DNA from: Phoronis australis
Lineage: Eukaryota > Animalia > Phoronida
DNA length: 64,000 nt
Direction of reading: 5' to 3'
NCBI GenBank assembly: GCA_002633005.1
Contig: NMRA01000086.1
Span: 989,602 to 1,053,601, forward strand
The position numbers and the translations under genes were made by a program. A model generated the notes under the pieces. That model was not told the DNA's origin, ran no database searches, and saw nothing but the letters and a program-made list of their open reading frames with translations. Each line of letters starts with the position of its first letter. Within the stretch, counting starts at the first letter, position 1. Of the stretch, positions 25,608 to 38,553 are shown one piece after another.

Positions 25608-28600
25608 AGTTAAGAAATTACAAGCAATTCTTCGAAAGTCACCTGTTTTTAGGCCTAATGTAACTTCTTTCCGTAAAATACTGTAACATGATTTTAACAC
25701 CCAAAAATATCTTGTCGAAAAACTCCTGGCATGTAGTAGGATAGGTTGTCAAAAGTGGTACTACGACTTAGCTGAAAAGTTATAAGAGGGCTAACTACTC
25801 CCAGCATCCACCAAAGAGCCACAGGTCGGTTCTTATAAAAATGTCCAGTGTAATTGCCGGTTTTGACTAATTTCGCCGCGAAATCGATGATGGTACGGAA
25901 CCGTACCTCAAGAGTCTCGCTTGACAAACAATAATAAAAATGAAAATGAAACGATGAAATTAGACCTTTGATTTGATAAATACAGTTCTCGGTCAAAACT
26001 CAGTTGCGCATATGCAGCCGGATATTCTCAGTGAAAACTCTCGCTGCTGGTCTGAGGGTTTCAAGCTCTACTAATATATATTGGTCACGTGCAGGAGTTT
26101 GCGTTCCAGGGCTAGAGTTCTATGGTTAATGGTGAAAGGGGAAGGCAACCACTTTCATGTCACTTTTAGCAAGATTCGTTGATTATCCCAGACATATTTT
26201 TCACTAAATAACGGCTTCCCATAATTTCATTAATTAGTCGTGCCTTTACTCCGGAAGTGACGTTTAGGGGATTAAGAATTTCCCTCCATTTTGTTTTCAT
26301 ATAGTCTGACTGTCGTTTGTGATAAGTGCGGCTGTCGTTTGTGTTTGTTTGTCAAGGTGCCGCACAGTTGCTGCGTACCGGGGTGTACTCATTACCGTCT
26401 CGAGCACTTTGGGTATGCCATTACACCACTTTCCGAACGATGACACGCTCCGCCGTATTTGGCTCGTTCGTGTGGAGAACGCAACTTTAACGTCCACGCA
26501 ACATACAAAGCAGTAGAGAATTTCCGAGTGTGTGGCAAGCATTTTCTGCAGTTGTATTACGAAAGAGATATGTAAATGGAATTGATGAACGTTTCTGCAA
26601 AACAACGCCTGAAGAAGGGTGACATACTGTCGCTTTTGTGCCCAGTCGTCACCTCCGTGAAGTGCATTTTTGAAGCAAGTAGCATCGCGAGCTGTGGCCT
26701 CTACAGTGACTAGAGGCGCCTCATCTACTGTCACCCGTGCCTTCGAACGTACCCCAGAATGTGCAAGTCCGTGAACTAGTAGTGATTCCCCCTGTGTTGG
26801 ACATCGTTGTCTCCAGTCCAGAGCCTGTAAGCAGCCCTGCAACGATGTTGAGTAGTGGCAGTGAATAGAGGCCAACTTCCACACAAATGGGGAGGACTGT
26901 TCGTCTTCTAGTGATCATGCCGGTGAGCCAAACTCCGATAAGTTTATTGTGGACTTTGCTAATGTATTGGAGCTATTTAGAAGGTGTCAGGTGTGGGGCG
27001 AAGGAGTCACACGGCTGGATCCAAGCGGTTTGGGCGCTCAGGTCACCATCCAGTGGGAACAGCATAGGAATTCCATTGAGGTCGGCATAAAAGTGCACAC
27101 CTTGGATTTAAACTAAGACGTCCCACCACGTCTGTCCTCAGTCTGTGCCTCATCCCTCTCAACAGTTGTCTGTATTCTGCCTCATATATCCACCGACTCC
27201 TAGTACAAGATAAAAGATTCCTAAATTCAACGTAATTGAGTTCTCTAACAACCTAGCTTGTCGTAAAATTCTCGTCCTTGGGAAGTGGGGGCGACAATTT
27301 TAGGAAACCAGCACAAAAATAAAAGTAGAACGTACACTGTATCCTCACAGTAACTCGAACGCACTAGAAATGAAATTGCGGGGAATTCTTGCCCCCTAAA
27401 CGTCACTTCCGGAGTAGTGCATGACTAATTAATAAAATTACGGGGAGCCGTACCTAACTGAAGCATATGTCTGGGATAATCAACGAACTGAATTTTACTA
27501 AAATTAACATGAAAATTTGTGCCTTCGCCTTTATTACATTACCTATTCTCGACTCCACTGGCTAAGGCCACGACTAGACTAATAGTATCTGAAAGTGTCA
27601 TGTGAATTCAGATCCGAAGTTAGCCAATTTTGGACCTGTATCAGGTCCCTAGTTAACCTAATACACAACGTAGACTGGAAAGACTGTAAGACCGTGCACT
27701 ACGTAATTAAAAAGAATAGTATGAATCCTGCTCTATACTTTCGATTCTTCAGTAGAGGTGTGATTATATTTCCCCAACTAAAGCAGTTACAAACATTCGC
27801 CCCCTCAAAGAAGCTGACATTTGATCCAGATCAACACAAAAAATAGGTCTCATCATTTTCCTCACTCACTGGGACTTGATTTATGGTGGTACAAAAAACT
27901 GGCAGATCGGGTTTGCTCGAAAAATGCTCCACTGATAACGCGACACGCCGTCACAAGTCAGCCTGTAGAGCTCGGTCTCAAGCATTGGCGAACTGTCCAG
28001 AAACCGCATTGGTTTTGGCTAAGGAAGACTTGAGACCAATTTCATTACGGAAAAAGTTCCGAATCAAACGTTGTTTTTGTTATAAAAAGGCGGGTTCAAA
28101 GACGCTTTAATTTCAAACTTTCAGGGGAAATTGTGACAACAGAGCGCAGAGAGTTCTTGACAAGAAGTTTCCACTACCGTACTTCCTGAAAAACCGAAGA
28201 CAGCCGGCTCGTTACTGGTTCCACATGAGCAGTAGGGGGCATGGTTCACCATACCACGTATGTTGCATCCCAACACTGAACATTACGCGCCTTATTATTA
28301 ATTTACCTAGAGTAGGGCATGTTCGCAAACCAATGACTTACAGGTATAAGAGGTCATTGGCCCGCATTCCCATCTGGGAGTTTCCCCCTACATCACGGAG
28401 GGTGGTACAAGGCCGACACCCTCGAAAACAAATATGTAAAATGGCATTTTGCCCAATTGTCACTTTGTTCGTTAGGTGGTAATAAGAGTCGCTTGTCTTT
28501 AGTTATCATTCTCCAAAATTATACTGCTAATTTTGTAAAAAATCATCCCGTCAGTAATATACATGTACTCTACAATGTATCTAAGCCTCACGACTTCGAC

Positions 28601-28812
28601 ATGCTGAGCCAAACAGCCTCGTTGTGGTGACAAAGATCTGCAGCCAGATAAGCCCCGTTCAATCGTTCGTGATGTTTGGGATTTGATCCATGAACGACAG
28701 CGCCCACAGTCACAACTTTTGCTTCTCTGACTTTGGTATCTACCTCATAAAGTTTCCGTATTTAAAGTGCTCATAACACGATTTTTTTCTCACCGCAATT
28801 AATAATAATGAC

Positions 28813-28851
<39 letters not shown>

Positions 28852-29978
28852 AATAATGTTTATTGTACGCAATTAATAGGAAATAGACAATGCCCCATTC
28901 ATGAGTTAAAACATCACCTACCCGAGTTCTGAGAATGTTTCCACCGACAAATTTCATCACTTCAGTTCTTACGAGAGACGAGTCCGATCCTGTATAGTCT
29001 GGGCGCCTTCCCAACCCCTGTGTTGCCACGCGGCGACACTGTGGGGGTCTTGTCGTTGGAGAAGCTGTGTATTGACAATTGAAAGCTGTGGTCTAAGCAT
29101 GCTAGGTAGCACTCATGTCGCTTACCACGTTACACGCTGTACCACCGCCAACCTGTTGCAACCGACACACGTCTTACAACCCAAATATTCCAGTTCAGCA
29201 TTTTGTTTAACGTGTCGTTCAGTCTTAAGAAAGATTTTATCGTACCAGTTAAATTTTTTCAATTATATTAAAAAACATTAGGTTATTTTATTCAAATGTA
29301 CGAAAGTGGACATCGAATAGGTGTTAATCAATAAACTTTTCACAGATCGATGGCGTCGACTACATATGGCAAGCGCAACTTCAAGGTCAGAAGAGGTGGT
29401 TTGCTCAGCCTCCGCCAGAGTGCTATTTCCAGTGTAAATCGTATTACATGGAAGCCGTTGTCAATCCCGGTGAAGTTGGTGAGTATTGCACAAGAATAAG
29501 TTAGCGTTGAAAACGAGTTGTGCTGTGGTAAAGATCTAGATAAAGAAGTCACGCTAACGGAGGGATTAGCTTAACTGATGATCCATAACCACAAACAATT
29601 ACCCGGTAACCGAAACTACACTGAAACGAGAACAGAACACCGAGTGCTGTTTTAGCAAACGTTTAAATTCCACTGGATCATTTAGTGACAAACTGAACCC
29701 AATCCCGCCTTCAAGTTCTCGGAAAGTAGGGAACAAAAACATACAGAACACCGTTGCACTTCTGGATTACTTTACATTTTGAGTTGTGTCCAACTTAAAT
29801 AAAAACAAACTCCACTCACCTGCGTATTTAAAACGCAATTGATATTAAGTTACACTGTTCGTTTCACCGTTTGTATTTTCTGATTCCAGTGTTTGCTCCA
29901 GTGTCAATTTGGTTTCACGGGACTGAAACGATTGGTAGAGACTTCAGCATTGCCATAAATGGGCAGTATATTCCATAA
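22766..29978 (+). CDS. Type II membrane-anchored JmjC/cupin-like protein, 4 exons, 360 aa
   Basis: Exons 22766-23493, 28125-28257, 29346-29478, 29890-29978; GT-AG, phases 2/0/1 consistent, 1083 nt. Motifs RPVADCDFC, WFIGWGNCD, PYFL, YH|ID (HxD), WQAQLQGQKRW, PPPEC, PGE, WFHGTE, SIAIN. Confidence 0.9.
23562..23959. mobile_element. Harbinger-like MITE (JmjC intron 1)
   Basis: TIRs gcccggttgcatgaaacagtc / gactgtttcatgcaactgggc; related copy at ~39650-40085. Confidence 0.65.
24091..26124. mobile_element. P-like non-autonomous TIR element (JmjC intron 1)
   Basis: Perfect 21-bp TIR CATAGAACTCTAGCCCTGGAA; 7-bp TSD GTTAAAG / GTTAATG. Confidence 0.75.
25539..25606. repeat. (CA)n microsatellite
   Basis: Seen directly. 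Confidence 0.95.
26137..27530 (+). mobile_element. Kolobok-like element with degenerate THAP domain (JmjC intron 1)
   Basis: ~150-bp TIRs (agg-gaaggcaa...ttgattatcccagacatat...ctccggaagtgacgttt); degenerate TTAA flanks (TGAA/TTAT); frameshifted PHSCCVPGC..HHFPNDDTLRRIW..NFRVCGKHF. Same family as 11144-11824. Confidence 0.8.
28125..28257 (+). CDS. JmjC/cupin gene exon 2
   Basis: tttcag|(W)GNCDNRAQRVLDKKFPLPYFLKNRRQPARYWFHMSSRGHGSPYH|gtatgt. Confidence 0.88.
28799..28858. repeat. (GAT)n microsatellite
   Basis: Seen directly. Confidence 0.95.
29346..29478 (+). CDS. JmjC/cupin gene exon 3
   Basis: cacag|IDGVDYIWQAQLQGQKRWFAQPPPECYFQCKSYYMEAVVNPGEV|gtgagt. Confidence 0.92.
29890..29978 (+). CDS. 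JmjC/cupin gene exon 4
   Basis: ttccag|(V)FAPVSIWFHGTETIGRDFSIAINGQYIP*; distal His and terminal S-I-A-I-N strand of the JmjC fold. Confidence 0.88.
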
Positions 29979-30770
29979 TGACATGTGATCCACTGGTCGT
30001 GATTAAATCGACGAAAATACATTCGCCTGCTAAAAAATTTTAATGCATTATTTGCATGCTCAGTTGAGCTTCATTGCCCGTAGACGTACAGTACTTTAAG
30101 GAATAGTGCGTGTTTTTTGTGGTCATATATACATCGGTGTGCATATTGTCATCGTCTCCTCTACTTTCGGCGGACGTCTGTCCTGCGACCATCCTGTGTC
30201 CGCTCATTCACATGGCGTCCACATTTATATCCTCTAATTACCTTGTAGAGCTTCGCGAATTTTTGGCAGGTGTGTTCAGATGAAAGTAACACTAGTTGGG
30301 AGATGACTTCGTTTAAATCAAAATACCTGAACCAATCTCATTAGAGCCCTTTTATTGGTCAGTGGGGTTGAGTTTAGAAGGTAACTCATGTTTCGTGATT
30401 GTGCATGGATGGAGAGAGAATGATTTAATCTAGCAATTCATTTATTACGTAACAGCCACTAACCAACGCATGTGGGGCCTGTTGTAACTTAACATGGCGT
30501 GAATACTGCGTACAATTTTATCGTTAAGCGTTCATTCGTGCCCTCTGACGGTCAATCCTTTGTGCATCTAACGGCATAACTTCATGTCGATCGACTACAG
30601 TGCTTTTCAGCGAAGCAACTGAAATCAATCTAATTCTGACAATGTAGTGAGACGCTATTCAGTGAAAATGTGCTAGGACTGTAGAAGCAAGTTCGTTATG
30701 CGTGAATACATCATTGCGTGATCTTGGATAACAGTCGAAGTTCAGACGCATTTGGCTTAAGAGTTTTCAA

Positions 30771-32140
30771 AGGAGAATGCCACAAAAACAACGTATTTTG
30801 TATCAGTTTGGATCGTCGAGAAGTTCCACTGGTAACAGCAAGTTCAGCTCTTCTGCCTAACACCAGGCGGCAGACGAAAGTGCTGAAATTAACCAATGAC
30901 GTCACAGGTTCTAACACAGTCGATCTGCTCAGCAGTTCACAAGATGTTCACTGGTGTCAGCTTATTGCTTGAATTCATCGTTTTACATCAATAAATCATC
31001 AGCATTGGATGTTAACCAAATACAAAAAGCACTGAGTTTTTAAACAAATGGGTCGTTTTATTTCGCTGCTAAGGTTAATAGAAGTTTTGAACCTACCGTA
31101 GCCCACAAAGTTCGGTAGGCCAACTTACCGTGGTCGGTCGAGGCAAATTGGAGTCTGTTCTGTAATACTGTAAATTAGCAATATTCTTCCGTGAAATACA
31201 GACAGTAGAGCATAATCGTGTGCTGTAATTTTAGACTTGTCATTTTTTTCTGTTGTAAACACAAAAGGCTTGTTATAACCCAATGGCTTGGAACCCCATC
31301 AGGCCCGTCGCGGCCGGACTGGAGACTTTACTGGGTTAGTCGGCTGCAAAAGTTGAAAATTAAACTTCCAGTCACGAAAAGTCTAGGCAAGTGAATCAAA
31401 TAAATAATGTGCACGTGAATAGTTCGGTGAAATCGCCGAGAAATTGCAAATCTACTTACTCATTGGGGGGCCGCGAAGCCAAGTTCCCCTTCCAAAGAAA
31501 CGTACAGGGAAAAGTTGTACAATAACAATGATTTGAATAATGTATATATATCTAAATAAAGATTCCTCTAACATCTGACCATAGCATAAAAAATCGAGTC
31601 ATAGTTTCGCAACAGCTTTCTATCAACAAACACTGAATTAGCATGCGCTCTCACGGCGGTCAATTAGTTTTACTGCATCTGAAGCCTGGAAAAGCACTAT
31701 GATTTATCATTGTTGATTTCTCAAAACATTTGCACTCACGAACACTCCCAAGGCATTGCATCTAATGAGACAGACTTTGACATTTTTGTTTCAGTTTGAT
31801 ATTAACATTGGTTAAGTTGACAACAATTTTTGTTGAAACACAATACTGGCCACGGACACTAAGATATTTCACGGACTCATACTTGGTATTAGCGGTGTAC
31901 TTTTCGTTGTGTACTGCCGGGAACCACTTCCGAAAACGATGTACCCGCTTTCTTTGCATCTTCATGGTTCGCATAAGCAGGAACAATACGGCACACCATA
32001 GCAGCGCACACTCAACTGAAGAACCACTGCTTCGCTTCCTCACAGGTTTACGCGACACCTTTTGGTGAGGTGAGATTGACTATACATGTACGAGGTGGTG
32101 TGGATATAGACCGACTAATTAAATCGGGCGGCGTTCTCCT
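30771..32140 (-). mobile_element. Kolobok-like family 2 element with decayed THAP ORF
   Basis: TIRs AGGAGAATGCC / GGCGTTCTCCT; degenerate TTAA flanks (TCAA/TTAC); minus-strand NEKYTANTKYESVKYLSVRGQY is homologous to the THAP in copy 32634-33760. Confidence 0.7.
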
Positions 32141-32633
32141 TTACAGCTAACAGAGGCAAAACGAAATAACCTGATTCAGACACCATGGTAGCATGCTATG
32201 AGCACACTGACAATAACGGCATGTAGCTAGGCTAGCGCTCTCTGCAGCGGAAAATTTCAACTAAATCACGATTAAAACAATCAAACGTCTTATCGATTAT
32301 CCGCGTTCTACGATTTGACGCTCCTTAAACGACGCTCCCATTGGCCAATTCTGAAACCAACCGCTCACTCAGTAGAACTGCATTTCGAAGTTGGTCAAGC
32401 CTTGTATGAGTTACACAGCCTTTCGTAACGCAACACGAGTCGACAGAATCTCACAACCCACAACGCATTTTGCCACACCAAGCAGGAAGTATTGTTCTCG
32501 GCAGTATGTTAAGGTGTTTTTCAAACGATATTTCACTTGTACATGTACATGTTAGCTAGCAAAAATCACATGATTTTATTTAATAATATCATTAACAATG
32601 CCATCTTGTCCTAAAACATCATGAGGTCGTTAA

Positions 32634-33760
32634 AGGAGGATGCCATTAGTCTATTTTACCGTCTTAACCGGTCTATATACACAACGCCTCTTATGCGGTC
32701 GACCTCACCTTGCCGAGAGGTGTCGCGTTAACCTGTGAGGAAGGTGAGAAACGATACAGCGACGTCAGTGATTCGTCTCCAGAGTGAACACCGCTATATT
32801 GCGATGTCGTTCCCCCTTGTCCGAACTATGAAGCTGCGAAGAATGCGACTACCTCGAGAGCCCGAAATGCTTAGGATGTGGATGAATGAAAGGTACGCTG
32901 TTAATAGCAAGTATGAGGCCGTGAAACATCTCCGTGTTTGTGGCCGGCATTTCGTCGACAGTGATTTCTCTGACGAATTCCGGCGTACCAACGAACCATC
33001 CATACCCTGCCTTCCGTTACCTGTGCATATTCACGGCGCCTCTCTAATGTTTCTTGATCAGTGTATTCCGGTTCGATCTGATAGCCTGTGAAACCTAACG
33101 ATCCGACCCGTGAAGACCTTCGTCGGATGAGCTCTTGACTATGTCGGGATAAGCGCCGGGCGAGTTGCCATGTAGACGTTAATTATTCTGCGTTAATTAT
33201 TCTCATCCTAACCAATGCTTATATGAAACTGAAACAAAGCCTGTCTCATTAGATACATTTTGTAATGCCTTTGCAGTATTCGTGAGAGCACATGTTGAGA
33301 AGCCAGCAATTAATAAACCACTGCGTTACCGGCTTTTGATGCGGGCAACAAAGGTAATTGACCGGGAACTGAGGCCGTGTGAGCGCATACTAATTCAGTG
33401 TTTGCTGACAGAAAGCTGTTGAGAAACAATTACTCGATTTTATATGCTATGGTCACATGTTAGGGGAATCTTTACATTATTCAAATCATTGTTACTGTAC
33501 AACCTTTGCCCTGACGGTCTGTGGAAGGGGATCCCGACTTCGCGGCCCCCGACAAGTAAGTAGATTTTCAGTTTCGTGGCTAGTTTGCATAAATAATTAC
33601 GTGCACATTATTTCTTTGTCTCGTTATTATAGTCTTTTCGTGACTGGAGGTTTAGTTTCCAACTCAAGCTGGTTTATGTTCGTGCCAGTCCCGGTGGCCG
33701 CGACGGGCCTGATCAGGTTCCGAGTCACTGGGTCTGGATAACAAGCGTTTAGTGGTTTTG
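32634..33760 (+). mobile_element. Kolobok-like family 2 element, inverted copy with THAP remnant
   Basis: TTAA|AGGAGGATGCC start; RLPREPEMLRMW...KHLRVCGRHFVDSDF...PSIP is a THAP C-terminal half; diverged reverse complement of 31262-32140; 3' truncated. Confidence 0.75.
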
Positions 33761-34857
33761 AAGTCCGACCAATTGTTAATTCCCCATCCCTTGAATCCGT
33801 TCAGTAACAAATTTCTTACTCTTCGTTTTACCCCACAATTAAACGTAGTGATAAAATTTTGCAAATTATTCCCGCGGATCATGCATTCAATATATCTATC
33901 CTGAGCATCACAATCCACTGTTCAAACATTCTCACTGAGTACAGTACATTATAGGTAAACTAATTTAAAACACACTCTTCTAATACTAATTCCCTGGGAA
34001 TCTTTGGTCCTGATTTTTATGTTGCATTCATGGCGAGTCACAAAACCAAAAACAAGTGCCGAGGAAGGAAAGGACAGTCAACGGCTTTACTTCCGTTTCA
34101 CAACACAAGACTAAGTAAACTCGTGGAAAACAAAACCTGAAAATGTGAACACCCCAATCAGGGACAAATAATTGAGTGACTTTGTGAAAAAGACTGTAAA
34201 TGCCTGAAAGCAGATGCACAACTGAATAATTTTTATTTATATATTGACGGGCAGGGGGATAATTTTCTAGACTTTGTTAATACAAGTTCAACGTTAAAAC
34301 CGCACCGGGATTCCACTTGAATGCACTGATACTCCGTAAAATGTAACAATTTCGTAAAATGTAACAGTTGTTACATTTTACGTTGCTAAGCCTCTCCTAA
34401 AATGTTACAAATTGTTATATTTTATGTACTTGCTACATTTTACGTCGAATGCACATGCGAGAAATGTACCATTGTTACATTTTACGAAACCAATGTCACG
34501 TTACAAAGAGAACGACCAAAATCAAGAACAAGTGGAATCTGACACGGCCGGGGCGTACTTGAGTATTTTGGACGAAGAGTACCGCCCGAAAAAATTGTAC
34601 AACTGCCGCTTTAGAGAGTGGGCTCGGACAAAAAAGTGACTCATTTAGAGACTAATTTTGTGTAAAAATTAACATTTTCGCACAGTCGTGTTTCAGTAAT
34701 TCAGAAAAAGCATCCTTTTAGAGAGTATTTTGTCAAAAATGACATCATGATTTTGGAGAGTATTTTTACTGTAAAAACACCCTTTTGGGCGGCACTTTTC
34801 GTATACCTTTTCTATAGGAATGCCCACCGGGCTGACACGGCATGAATTTGGCAACCC

Positions 34858-34979
34858 ATCATCATTTTTATTATTATTACATTACTATTACTACTATTAC
34901 TGCTATTACTACTATTACTACTACTGATATCACTACTATTACTTCTTTCACTACTATTCATCGTTATCGGCATCGTTAA

Positions 34980-35019
<40 letters not shown>

Positions 35020-35030
35020 ATTAATATTTT
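34858..35030. repeat. (TAT/TAC)n low-complexity tract
   Basis: Seen directly. Confidence 0.9.
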
Positions 35031-36367
35031 TCAATTTATTTAACGAGGACACAGTGCAATGCACAAAATACAGGACTTAGCAAAGTGCTAATACACCATG
35101 GTCCTCAAAGATTTTAAAATCATCTCATTTATGGTTCAGTGTTTTCACCGGGCATCCCATAATGGACAGCGAGTGCTATTTCAAATGGATTTTAACGGTG
35201 TTCATATGTTCCGCCTTAACGATATTGTGAGAAACGTCTTGATCGCTGTGAATGCAGAGTAAGCCTATTTTTTGAAACGAGGAGGTTGAGATTCAAAATC
35301 TTGTTTAGACGTGCGCCAATTAAACTTCAAAAATATATTATTTCCGAACTATCGACAAGCACGGTATTGTTTGTAATGTAACTATATCCCTTTGTAGTTT
35401 GCCACGAAGAACTGAATTCACACTGTAATCTTTCACTTGCGACTTACATTTAAACGTGTTCCTTTCCAAAGAACTGGGGCTCGTTCCACGATGATGGGTA
35501 AGTTCAAAAATTGCGTTATGTTGAACACTGGAAGCAGACATTCTTCGATTACTGACAGCTAGTCCGATATGGCTGCTGTCACCGGGTCATTAGAATAGCT
35601 GGTAACGGACGTAAAAAACACGCAACAGTTTTACGTAGAACGGGAGACTATATTTTTAGAAGAACACAGTGATTTTAACTAGGTTTCATTGAAAGTGGGT
35701 TGCATGGAATAAACGTCGACGTCAGCAATGTTTGATATGCACTTTTTATGCGATGTAGCAAAAGGGTTAATTTATCCCATACACGTTGAATCAGTCGAAT
35801 GCAATACGGCCATGTAATATTGTTTTCCGTATTCACCTCCCGCACTACTTCAACAGTGACCTCTGACATGGAAAGTTCAAAAGGTTGGTCAATGTCGACT
35901 CGGCCTCGTTAGCTGGTTCGATCATCAAACATTCCGAATATAGTTTAAATTAATACAATTGCAGCTGTGGTCATAACGATCAAAATGCAATCAGGTCCCA
36001 ATCTTTAGATCTGGAACAGAACTGCAAATTATTTGACAGTTCTGTCTTAGTTTTCAATTGCTAAAAAGTATATCGTCTGCAACTCAGGCGCCGATTTCTC
36101 GGTAACAAATATTGTTGTTGTTTAACTATTTCCAGGAGATGTTTCAAGTTCAATGCACAGTTACCGTTGTTTTCATCTTCGTTATCTCTTTTCAAGTAAT
36201 AAATCGTTATATTTAAAACTGTTTCTTTTACAAGAGAAAACTTGCAATCTAACGCACAAGTACATACATATAGAATGGCATACGCCACGTGAACAGTCTG
36301 AGTGAAGTATTTAAAAATCTGCTGAAGAAATGGAAGAAACTTAGGAATTTGAAGCGTATGGGATAAA

Positions 36368-36515
36368 TACAAAACGTACCTCGATTGGCGTAGATGAAGT
36401 AATATCCCACTCGACATTATTCCGCGTATCCACCTCGACCTTCGGTCTCCGTCGATACGCGGAATAATTTCTCGTGGAATATTACTTCATCTAAGCCACT
36501 CTCGGTACGTTTTGT
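36368..36515. mobile_element. ~150-bp palindromic MITE nested in the 6-bp-TSD element
   Basis: acaaaacgtacc..tagatgaagtaatat..attattccgcgtatc is mirrored by gatacgcggaataat..atattacttcatcta..ggtacgttttgt. Confidence 0.8.
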
Positions 36516-37007
36516 GTATGTACCGAAATTCCCTTATCTGCTTACAACCACGCGTGTTGCTGACAGTGATCTGCAACACAAAAAATGGCGCCTCATGAGA
36601 CACGTGACTTCACGTCTATTAATACTAGAATGTCCTGTCTCTGTCTTTATTTATATGCGCTTCGGACTAACGAATATTGTTATAATGACAATTTTAATTG
36701 ATATTTTATCTTTAAAGATTATAGACACATCTATAAAATCGAGAGCAATCGGAGAAAAAAGTCGTTAAGGGCGTGAACCGTTTTCCTAAGTGTGAGAAAT
36801 ACCGCAAGCTCATGAAAAAAGATGTCGCTTTCGTAAAATGTAACAATGGTGCATTCGACGTAAATTGTAACAATTACATAAAATGTGACAACTTGTTACA
36901 TTTTAGGACAGGCCTAGCAACGTAAAAGGCAACTGACGTAAAATGTAACTTTTTACGAAATTGCTACATTTTACGGCGTATCAATGCACCCCGATTTCAC
37001 GTTAGCG

Positions 37008-37250
37008 CTGATGGGACGCAAAAAGGTAACAATTTCGTAAAATGTAACAACAGTTACATTTGATGTCATTGTTACATTTTACGTTGCTAGGTCTCTCCTA
37101 GAATGTTACATTGAATGTAATTGTTACAATTTACGTCGAATGCACATGCAAGATATGTACCATTGTTACATTTTACGAAAGCGACGTCATATTTCGTGAG
37201 TTTGCATGGTATTTGTCAAACTTAGGAAAATGGTTCACACACTTAACACC
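37008..37250. mobile_element. Third TIR arm of the 6-bp-TSD family
   Basis: Diverged reverse complement of 36765-36983, ~25 bp away. Confidence 0.7.
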
Positions 37251-38553
37251 TCGTCGAATTTACAGATGTGTCCCTATGTGCTTTTCATCATTTCTTTACA
37301 CGAGTAGTGTTGAGATATTGCCAAAATGTACAACGTACATCTTCCAGGATAAGGTAACAAGTTTCTTATTTTTACGTGTAAGTCGTTCTTGCAATTTTTT
37401 GTTGACACTGACACGTCATAAACCAGTTGTGTATCCGGCATTAAAGTAAACTCACTCCACTTGGTAAGCACAACAATGACATCGTATTTGGCTATTATTT
37501 ATGGTATGTTTTCGTGAACAAACGACAATAAAAAATTTTTTTGATGGAGAATTAAAAAAATTAAACCTTTACCAACAAACCATAAAAGTATCTGGTGGCA
37601 GAGAACTACACTGTACTTTGATTAAAAACAATTTAGCCTGTTCTTCCCGTTCTATGCCGCATTGGTATTGGATGAAATTTTTTTGCTCACACATAAATAT
37701 ATGTATGTGCACATTATCCTCATCTCTGTTCGGCTTGGGTCTGTCTTATTTAGATCCACAGACAGTCCGAATTCGACACTTTTCAAGTAAAATATTACAA
37801 TCATGCGCACACCCAGCCTAAAATATAGAGGGCTCGAAGTTTTCGTTATGCGGACCTTTTACTGGAAAAATCAACGAGCAGTAAAAAAATAAGAAAACGG
37901 GGCCACTAGGTTAAGGCCTACGAATTGTGCATCCGCGCCAAATTCCTGTGGACTTTGTGGACTTTTGTCTCGTTTACTTCTTGTTTCATTTAGGGGAACC
38001 TTTTTTTCCCAACTCCCCAAATTGGGGGCCATTCGAGCCCTCCCCCCCGGCTGCGCCCATGATAATACAATGTATATTCGAACTGACAGTAAATATCAAC
38101 GTCGTTTTCACAAACTAACGAATAAATTATTGTGGCGAGCCGTTTCTAGTGTCTGCAGACTATAATACATGTAAGACCAGTTCGGAATAGAAACAAGTGT
38201 GCTTTGGTCGGTGACAGAATTGTCTTGATTTTGACTGACTGCTTTTGAGTTGAGGATAGAGCAGCATCACCTTGCGAGAACAACACGCTGTATGTTGCAA
38301 GGAACCGTGTGGCTATCGTCTTGGACGAATTTTCGCAAAAATGTATCAAAATTCAACCGTTCCCTTAATGTTGCCCGCAGGTATATCATCTCTGTTCTTT
38401 AATCTCTAAATAGAACGATGGATTATCTATATTGTCGTTCACGACCCTTATGCCCGGCGATGTTATCTCCCCACTTTTGACCTCTGTTTAGCTGTCCTAC
38501 TAAATTTGGTAGGGCAAAAGGATAGCAAACCACCGTGATCACACGTCAGGGAA

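Larger units (their letters stand above)
34327..36983. mobile_element. Unclassified 2.66-kb TIR element, TG...CA ends, 6-bp TSD
   Basis: ATGCAC|TGATACTCCGTAAAATG...CATTTTACGGCGTATCA|ATGCAC; ~170-bp TIRs built of GTAAAATGTAACA subrepeats. Confidence 0.8.

Noticed and set aside
26297-26884. 195-aa minus-strand ORF
   Set aside because: Antisense to the decayed THAP transposase remnant; no recognisable protein features.
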